DNA from: Candidatus Poribacteria bacterium
Lineage (GTDB): Bacteria; Poribacteria; WGA-4E; WGA-3G
Direction of reading: 5' to 3'
DNA: 64,000 nt
NCBI GenBank assembly: GCA_965214095.1
Contig: OZ243938.1
Span: forward strand, 2,688,001 to 2,752,000
Positions 57,067 through 64,000 of this stretch are shown here, piece after piece. Below the pieces are notes generated by a model. That model made no database searches, was not told where the DNA came from, and worked only from the letters and a program-made list of their open reading frames with translations. The translations under genes and the position numbers were made by a program. The number at the start of each line of letters is the position of its first letter. The stretch's first letter is position 1.

Positions 57067-57751
57067 GATTACCCCAAGTTGTCGTTAACAATCCTTTCGG
57101 ATTAACAGGCAAAGTTCCGACTTTAGCGTTTTCATAGTCCTCATCTGTAGCATCATAATCTAAATCGCTTGACCAACAAAAGACATCATATTCAAGAAGG
57201 TTTGAACTCTGACGATAATATATAATCATGACGTTTTCACCTTCCTGCAATTCATTGACGGTACCGCCATCCGCCCCAAAAATGCCGGTTCGCACCCAAT
57301 CCCAAGTAGGTGTATTTTCTTCAAAAATGATATCCACATCTTTTAAGAAGTGTCCGGGTTTTTGTTTAGGAATTTCATCTCCATCAGCACCCAGAACCCA
57401 TAACCAATCTGAGTGATTGTTTGGATTTATAACGCGTCCGATAAACCGCCAATCTCCGGCTTCTCCACCAGCATGACTAATATCAAAATTATAACGCAAC
57501 CATCCATCTCCACCTATGTTCGTGACGATATCGCCATAGGCACCATCAGTGGGAACTTTTGCATCTTCTGCCTTACCCAATTTGTAAGCCTCATTTGCAT
57601 CACGTTCATCAAAGTGTTCCGCCTCAAACCAAATTTGTTTGCCATTTCCATATTCAGAAATCTTGAACATTTCAACGGCAAAACTCATAGTTATACTCAA
57701 AAATAAAAAGCAGAGACATAACGTTAGTATCAATTGGAATTTGGTAATCAT
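57053..57751 (-). CDS. Secreted protein (CBM-like, WFEAE) with C-terminal TTTWGNLK motif
   Basis: Signal peptide; IWFEAEHFD; ends PVNPKGLLTTTWGNLKNR. Confidence 0.8.
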   Translation of the reverse strand: MITKFQLILTLCLCFLFLSITMSFAVEMFKISEYGNGKQIWFEAEHFDERDANEAYKLGKAEDAKVPTDGAYGDIVTNIGGDGWLRYNFDISHAGGEAGDWRFIGRVINPNNHSDWLWVLGADGDEIPKQKPGHFLKDVDIIFEENTPTWDWVRTGIFGADGGTVNELQEGENVMIIYYRQSSNLLEYDVFCWSSDLDYDATDEDYENAKVGTLPVNPKGLLTTTWGNLKNR

Positions 57752-57879
57752 GAGATTCCCTCCTTGGAATCCTTATATTTGTTTGCAGATAACCGTATTG
57801 ATTAATATGGTTTAGCTTAAATTAAAAGTTTCGGCAAGTTTAGCAAAATTGTATATTTGTTGCAACATTTTAAGTAATA

Positions 57880-58120
57880 GATAGGGTTCTTTAGTTTTAG
57901 GGTTTTTGTTCAATATAATTCACTAACGTTAAATTCATTATGGGTTTGTATTCCTATTTGTCTGAACCAGGATTATCAGGATTAGTAGATTTGGAAATCA
58001 AGAAATCAACGGTATGAACGCCTGTAAGCGTTCCCCGGGTATGAATGCCTTTTGGCATTCCCCGGGATTATGAGTTTGGCTCTCCAAAGTTCCTATTTCC
58101 AGGTTGACGTTTATTTTCTT
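57880..58120. repeat. Second copy of the tgtctgaaccaggatt repeat, with an insert of two ggtatgaa-hairpin-ttccccg units
   Basis: Colinear with 35375-35545; insert at ~57992-58066. Confidence 0.7.
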
Positions 58121-58220
58121 GACAAATATTATCATAATCTGATATTATAGTATTTAACATTTTGAGAGAAAAATAAAAAAGTAAATATCAATAATGCAAA
58201 CCAGTAATAGGAGTACTAAA

Positions 58221-58919
58221 ATGTTTTATAAATTCACTCTTATACTTACACTATTATCTTTTGTAGTGATTATGGCAGGTTGTGCTGCTTTACTGTCACC
58301 ACAAGAGTGGAGTGACAATTACGCCTTACTTGATGGCGCACAAGCAACCAGTATAGAGATGATTGATGGGGACATCAATACCGTAGGGGTGACAAGTACG
58401 CCCAAAAGTTCAGATTCTCGTACAGGAAGAAGTCCTGCTCCAGAAATTATCGTAAGTTTACCCGATAAAAAGGTTGTACGCAAAATAGTAATTCATTCAG
58501 ATAATATCAAAAATTTTGTCCTCTACGCAGACAAAGGTGGCAGTGCATTATCAGGGACAGACTGGCAAATGATAAAGACTGTCCAACGCGTTAAATCAAA
58601 CCCCATTGTAATACCCGTATTGTACTCTTTTCCAACAGACCGCATTCGTCTCACTGTTTTAGGAACGACAGACGATGCTGCACTGACGCGGAAGGAAAAT
58701 GCAAACGGAATTCGAAATCTTACGAGTGCAGCGGATTGTGCTACTGGCAGCACGTGAGGGTCGGGAGCATCTTTGGCGGCAGTTCGCCGTCGCGCACCTG
58801 CAAAAATTAGTGAAATTGAAATCTACGGATACAAGACTTCTGATGAAACTTTAGTTGAAAATGGAGATGACACAGTTGATGCTCCAACTGTAACAGAAAC
58901 CGAGTTGTTGTTGTATTAG
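58221..58919 (+). CDS. Discoidin/F5-8-like lipoprotein with in-frame TGA at 58755 (candidate selenoprotein, or nonsense mutant)
   Basis: AGGAG RBS, lipobox MAGC, IDGD..T; frame continues past TGA to APAKISEIEIYGYK and TAG at 58917. Confidence 0.7.
58758..58800 (+). promoter_or_regulatory. Candidate bacterial SECIS element
   Basis: Stem GGCGGC/GCCGTC with loop AGTTC starting 23 nt after the TGA; G at loop position 2; imperfect lower stem GGGAGC/GCACCT. Confidence 0.45.
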
Positions 58920-58931
58920 TGCACACACTAT

Positions 58932-58998
58932 TCAGTTATCAGTTATCAGTTAGTCAGATTCCGCATTTTTGTTTCATAAATAACTAACTGATAACTGA
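58932..58998. repeat. Heptamer tandem repeats in inverted arrangement
   Basis: (TCAGTTA)x3 ... (TAACTGA)x2. Confidence 0.75.
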
Positions 58999-59060
58999 TT
59001 AATCCAATTCAAAATATGCAGTTTTGACCATTCTTCAGTTCGAGCAATCAATACTATACC

Positions 59061-59555
59061 ATGAAATATTTTGCTTACGGATCAAATCTCAATGTGGATC
59101 AGATGCAGTGGCGGTGTAAGAATGCTGTCCCGCTTGGTCCATATACACTTCAAGGGTATCGTCTTGTTTTTCGATTCTACGCAGATATTACACCTGCCCC
59201 TGGTAAGTCTGTTAAAGGCGGTTTATGGGAAATTACCGATGAACATGAGGAATTACTTGATAGATATGAGGGATATCCGGATCTCTATGGCAAATATTAC
59301 GAAGATGATATTATGTTTTATCGTATGCGTGAGGATGCTTACGACTTGAGATTGCCGACCCTTGGATATCTTGGGGACATGCTTGAAGGTATGGAAAACT
59401 TCGGCTTTTCCGCACTGGAAGATTTGAATAAAAACCTTGGAAATCCACCCTCCCAAGACATAGAAGAGGAAGGTGACCTACTCCAGAATGCAATGCGTCT
59501 GATCGCAGAGTCAATGGGTATTGATCTTGTTCAAGAAGTATCAATGGCAATTTGA
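59061..59555 (+). CDS. Gamma-glutamylcyclotransferase (AIG2-like)
   Basis: YFAYGSNL...QM..RC, V.G.LW.I, LDRYEGYP..Y. Confidence 0.9.
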   Translation: MKYFAYGSNLNVDQMQWRCKNAVPLGPYTLQGYRLVFRFYADITPAPGKSVKGGLWEITDEHEELLDRYEGYPDLYGKYYEDDIMFYRMREDAYDLRLPTLGYLGDMLEGMENFGFSALEDLNKNLGNPPSQDIEEEGDLLQNAMRLIAESMGIDLVQEVSMAI

Positions 59556-59560
59556 TTACT

Positions 59561-59668
59561 ACGGTAGGTTCGGTTTCCTAACCGAACCGGTGTTTGTTCA
59601 GTCTCATAGATGCGGTTAGTAAACCGTATCTACCGGGGAGCGTGAACGTATTTTACATTTCACTATAA
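59561..59668. repeat. Composite REP doublet, family A (inverse of 24901-25008)
   Basis: Direct sequence comparison. Confidence 0.85.
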
Positions 59669-59717
59669 CTGGGATGTAAGAGGCGTATGAGTTGCGCTAT
59701 TGCGAACCAGTTTTGCT

Positions 59718-60643
59718 TTATAGAATAGTCAATTCGTCTTCTTCCCCACTCTCCTGTAATACATTATCCAATTCCGCAGCCACTGCTCCGAAGGCAGCCG
59801 CTTGTGGAGAATCTGGATGTCCGGCGACGATAGGCACACCAATATCCCCTGCTGTGCATACTTCAGCATCAAGTGGAATCTCACCCAGAAAAGAAACACT
59901 GAACTGTTCACTTGTTTTTCTTCCACCATCCGAACTGAAAATCTCTGTCTTTTCATTGCAGTGTGGACATAGGAAATAACTCATATTCTCAATAATCCCC
60001 AGAATCGGCACGCCGAGACGTTCAAACATAGCGACACCGCGCCGCACATCTGCCAAAGCAACATCCTGTGGTGTAGTCACAATCACCGCGCCTGTGAGTG
60101 GGATTGCTTGTGATAGGGTAAGGGCAACATCGCCCGTGCCGGGTGGTAGGTCAATGATGAGATAATCCAGTTCATCCCATTCCACATCAGTCAAAAATTG
60201 TCTGATAGCAGAATGCAACATCGGTCCGCGCCATATCATCGCTTGTTCTTCTGGCACCATAAACCCGATAGACATCAGTTTAATGTCATGACGTTCAAGC
60301 GGAATCAGTTTTCGTTTCGGACTAGTGCGTGGTTTTTCCTGTATACCCATCATCGTAGGGATACTGGGACCGTAAGCATCCGCGTCCATTAATCCCACAG
60401 CTGCACCGTTTTTGGCAAGAGAAATTGCTAAATTGGTAGCAACGGTGGACTTGCCGACTCCACCTTTACCACTTGCCACTGCAATTTTATACTTGATATT
60501 TGGTAATGTAATATTCTGTTGTGGTTGTTGTGGTGCTTGTTGCTGTTGTGGTGGTTGTTGCGTGCGTTTACCTGAGATTTCCTCGCCACTAATCACTTTT
60601 AGTTCAGGATGTGGTTTTGCTTCGGGATTCGCCTTCTCTACAT
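59718..60643 (-). CDS. apbC: Mrp/NBP35 Fe-S cluster carrier ATPase
   Basis: [40 protein letters not shown]; start uncertain. Confidence 0.93.
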
Positions 60644-60781
60644 CTTTGTCACCTTTTTTAAAGAATTTCAATGTTTGTCTCCTTCTCCATAATCTCTTTG
60701 TATAATAATGCCATGAAATTTTCAGAATTGCCAATCTATTTTCAAGGGTGTTATTTTAGCAATTGATTTCGGACCAAGTTG

Positions 60782-61987
60782 CTATGTCCGATAGTCTGCA
60801 TTTATACGGATGTAATCGTAGGAATAATCGCAGGTCCACATGGTTATCTCAGCATCGCCGGCGCGTAGGTCAATGGTAATCCGAACAGGATCGTTGTCAA
60901 ACAACTGCGTTGCTTTTTCTTCATCGTAGCCAGAGTCCATTCCGTTTTTGACAAGCGGATAATCTCCGAGTAGGACATCTACTTGATAAGGGTCAAATTC
61001 TGCACCAGATTTGCCGATAGCCATCATTATTCTTCCCCAATTGGCATCGTTCGCGAAAACTGCAGTTTTGACGAGAGGTGATTCTGCGACTGCACGTGCA
61101 GCTTTTTCTGCATCCTCTCTATTCTTCGCTTGTTTGATAATAACCTCCACAAGTTTGGTTGCGCCTTCCCCATCACGTGCTAACATTTTTACCAATTCTG
61201 TGCAGACGAACATCAACCCATCACAGAAGGCTTCATAATCCTGTCCACTTGTGTTAACTATTTCAGTATTTTCTACGTTCCCTGTGGCAAGAATGAGCAC
61301 GGTGTCGTTTGTGCTGCGGTCAGTGTCTACGGTAAGGAGGTTATAGGTGTTATCCACAACACGGGTTAGAGCAGATTGGAGCGTTTGACTATTGATATTC
61401 GCATCGGTTGTTAGGAATGAGAGCATTGTCGCCATATTCGGAGCGATCATCCCCGCGCCTTTGGCTATCCCACCGATCCGCACGGTTTTCCCACTGACCT
61501 CTATTTCAACGGCGGCTGACTTCGGAAATGTGTCGGTTGTCATAATCGCTTCCGCTGCGTCGTCCCCACCTTCGCTACTGAGTGCTTTTGCTGCCATCTG
61601 TATACCGTTTTCAATAGTCTCCATGGGCAATTGTTGTCCAATCACACCTGTGGACGCTACGAGGACCTGTTCCTCTTTGATGTTGAGTTGCTCTGCAGTC
61701 GCTGCCGCCATTCGATGCGCGTTTGTCATACCGAGGTTGCCAGTGCAGGCATTTGCGTTCCCACTGTTGACTATAATTGCTTGTACTGTTGGGTCGGTGA
61801 GGTGCTCACGGCAAACTAAAACAGGGGCAGCGGTGACGCTATTTGTGGTAAAGACACCCGCTGCTGTCGCAGGTGTATCCGTGTAAATAAGTGCTATATC
61901 TTTTGTTTCTGCCTTTTTTATTCCAGCGCGTATTCCTGCTGCTTGCACACCTTGAATTGCTGTAATTCCACCTTCAATCTGTTTCAT
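60782..61987 (-). CDS. argJ: Bifunctional glutamate N-acetyltransferase / amino-acid acetyltransferase
   Basis: NSGNANACTG, STGVIG, KGAGMIAPNMATML, STND, DGEGATK, INADYRT. Confidence 0.97.
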   Translation of the reverse strand: MKQIEGGITAIQGVQAAGIRAGIKKAETKDIALIYTDTPATAAGVFTTNSVTAAPVLVCREHLTDPTVQAIIVNSGNANACTGNLGMTNAHRMAAATAEQLNIKEEQVLVASTGVIGQQLPMETIENGIQMAAKALSSEGGDDAAEAIMTTDTFPKSAAVEIEVSGKTVRIGGIAKGAGMIAPNMATMLSFLTTDANINSQTLQSALTRVVDNTYNLLTVDTDRSTNDTVLILATGNVENTEIVNTSGQDYEAFCDGLMFVCTELVKMLARDGEGATKLVEVIIKQAKNREDAEKAARAVAESPLVKTAVFANDANWGRIMMAIGKSGAEFDPYQVDVLLGDYPLVKNGMDSGYDEEKATQLFDNDPVRITIDLRAGDAEITMWTCDYSYDYIRINADYRT

Positions 61988-62199
61988 AAATCGCTCCTTA
62001 CGGATAAAGTAAGTGAAATTCTAATACATGATAGAGGAATTGTCAAATGGAAAACACAGACAGGTGTGGATGGTTCTTGGTAATATCTATAAGTGTCAAT
62101 TGAATGTCTCTGTCAATCCGAATTACACAACTATTCTTGACATACTGTGATAGGTACGTAAAATAGACTTATGATATTTCCGACAATGGAGGAGAGAAT

Positions 62200-63201
62200 A
62201 TGGCGAAAATACGGATGGCACAATATGGGACGAAACACGGACATGCACGCGGTAAACTTCAGGCGATGCTTGGAAATCCTGATGTAGAGGTCGCTGGCGT
62301 TTATGAACCCGATGAAGAACGACGTGCTAAACATCAGGCAAATGGAAGTTGGTCTTACGATGTTTACTGGTATAAAGATGCAGCGGAGATGTTAGAAGAC
62401 GACACGATTGTTGCAATCGCTTCCGAGGGGAACAACGCAGAGAGTTTGGATCAGACAGAAGAGATAGTGAATGCTGGTAAACACGTGTGGTACGATAAAC
62501 CTGCTGGAGAAAACTGGGAACAGTGGCAACGCGTCATTGCTACTGCTCAGGAAAAGTCGCTATTAGTACAGATGGGGTATATGTTGCGGTATCATTCCAG
62601 TTTTAGACAGGTGACAGATTGGGCGCGATCTGGATTTTTGGGGAATGTGTTTTCAGTTCGGGCACACATGTCAACCAATATATCAAAGGAAGCGCGGACA
62701 CGAATTAGTCAACATATCGGTGGAATATTCTTTGATTTAGGTGGACATGTGTTGGATCAAATCGTCTGGATGTTAGGTAGACCAGAGAAGGTCACCAGTT
62801 TTCTACGCAACGATGGTGGTTCGGTGGAACCTTTCAAAGACAATACGCTCACGGTCTATGAGTATGAGGAGGGAATGGCATTTATCACAATTTCTGCATT
62901 GGAACCGCGTCCAGTAGCGCGACGGTTTGAGGTGTATGGCACCGAAGGGAGTGCTATTATCGTTGAACCTTTTGAACCGGGACACACTATTCGACTCTGT
63001 CTACAAGATGCTAAAGATGGGTATTCACAAGGTGAACAGATAGTCCAGATAGATGGTGAAAGCCGTCAGCGTACGTATGAGTTGGAGTTGGTTTCGTTTT
63101 TGGCAACTATCAAAGGGGAACAACCACCTGACAGACCGGTATCTCATGAGTTGTTAGTGCAAGAGACGTTATTGCGTGCGACTGGAGTGATAGCACAGTA
63201 A
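62200..63201 (+). CDS. Gfo/Idh/MocA oxidoreductase
   Basis: QYGTKHGHA, AGKHVWYDKP, GYMLRY, GG..FDLG.H..D. Confidence 0.9.
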   Translation: MAKIRMAQYGTKHGHARGKLQAMLGNPDVEVAGVYEPDEERRAKHQANGSWSYDVYWYKDAAEMLEDDTIVAIASEGNNAESLDQTEEIVNAGKHVWYDKPAGENWEQWQRVIATAQEKSLLVQMGYMLRYHSSFRQVTDWARSGFLGNVFSVRAHMSTNISKEARTRISQHIGGIFFDLGGHVLDQIVWMLGRPEKVTSFLRNDGGSVEPFKDNTLTVYEYEEGMAFITISALEPRPVARRFEVYGTEGSAIIVEPFEPGHTIRLCLQDAKDGYSQGEQIVQIDGESRQRTYELELVSFLATIKGEQPPDRPVSHELLVQETLLRATGVIAQ

Positions 63202-63206
63202 GGTAT

Positions 63207-63277
63207 TGTTGGAGAGGTTTCCAATCCCGAGTTTATAGGTTTAGATTCAAAATATCGGGTTAGAAACCCCTCCAACA
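63207..63277. repeat. Inverted REP pair between convergent genes
   Basis: ttgttggagaggtttccaatcccga ... tcgggttagaaacccctccaacaa. Confidence 0.75.
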
Positions 63278-63287
63278 ATATGAGCAA

Positions 63288-63953
63288 CTAATCTTCTAAT
63301 CCACCTGCCCATTTTAGGCATCCGGTGATGTGTTCGTGGAACCACGGTTGACTCCAAAGTGCATCCGGGTGTCCAAATGCAGTATACATCACGCGTCCTT
63401 CCCCGTATTTATGACACCACCCAAGAGCATAATCGTTGTCATCACGATTACCGCGAGAGACATCAATGGAATCGTTATCCAAACGCATCAATACATGCGT
63501 ATTTTCACGCGACCAGTTTTTGAATGTGTAGATTTCATCTACAACTTTGAAACTCTCTCCGAGCATACGCGTTGAGGGATGATCTGTATCCTCAACGATG
63601 ACGTTGACTTCTTCATGCCATGGATGTCCGTTGAAATAACCCCCGATCATTTCTCCGAATTCTTCCCAATCGTAACAAGTGTCGGTAGCATTGTGGATTC
63701 CAAAGAAACCCTTGCCATTTCGGACAAAGTTGAGCAACGCCTCTTTTTGTGCATCGTTGAACGGCAAGTTACCTGTTGTTGCGAATGCGACGACATCGTG
63801 TTTAGCTAAATTGTCTTCTGAGATGCGATCGCAACGGTGTGTTGTTGTGACTCGCCATCCGTTTGCTGCACCGATCTCTTTGAGGGCAACTTCGGCATTC
63901 GGCAAATAACTATGTTCAAAACCAGCAGAATGACGTAACATCAGTATGTTCAT
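63288..63953 (-). CDS. ThuA-like (class I glutamine amidotransferase-like) protein
   Basis: GFEHS, GKGF.GIH.ATD, GG.F.GHPW, DEIY.F, G.GRV.YTA.GH. Confidence 0.9.
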   Translation of the reverse strand: MNILMLRHSAGFEHSYLPNAEVALKEIGAANGWRVTTTHRCDRISEDNLAKHDVVAFATTGNLPFNDAQKEALLNFVRNGKGFFGIHNATDTCYDWEEFGEMIGGYFNGHPWHEEVNVIVEDTDHPSTRMLGESFKVVDEIYTFKNWSRENTHVLMRLDNDSIDVSRGNRDDNDYALGWCHKYGEGRVMYTAFGHPDALWSQPWFHEHITGCLKWAGGLED

Positions 63954-64000
63954 ATTTATATCCTTTCGGTGTTTGCAGTTTTGCTGGATATTATACAGGA

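Noticed and set aside
58119-58150. Fur box near the fur gene
   Set aside because: Only a weak match to GATAATGATAATCATTATC in AT-rich DNA; better read as a TTGACA..TATTAT promoter.
60520-60560. Low-complexity tgt/tgg repeat as a contingency locus
   Set aside because: Encodes an in-frame Gln/Pro linker at the N-terminus of Mrp/ApbC; not a perfect tandem repeat.

Overview
AT-rich (roughly 40% GC by eye) bacterial chromosome segment, most likely from Candidatus Poribacteria. This is an inference from PhyH, sulfatase and Gfo/Idh/MocA genes, WD40-cohesin-dockerin proteins and many secreted proteins ending in ..TTWGxLK. Housekeeping and metabolic genes include trpS, argJ, iscS, mrp/apbC, mqnE-mqnA, fur, yiaK and a MoxR-DUF58-BatA operon. 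Main points of interest: (1) a >1250-aa Mrr-like nuclease-STAND NTPase (Avs-like defence protein) at the left edge that the ORF track omits; (2) a 12.8-kb co-oriented locus with 7 diverged secreted paralogs, an orphan Trp/Cys-rich secreted protein, Ig-like scaffolds, a rhodanese and MauE/DoxX; (3) a lipoprotein with an in-frame UGA followed by a SECIS-like hairpin (candidate new selenoprotein); (4) a stand-alone DpnI-type winged-helix gene (possible m6A reader); (5) a protein-less IS200/IS605 mini-element enclosing a hairpin-rich sequence; (6) an IS4 element inserted into a REP hairpin with a 20-bp duplication, amid many GTAG-type REPs and MITEs. No rRNA, tRNA or CRISPR array was seen. All family assignments are from motif recognition, not database searches.
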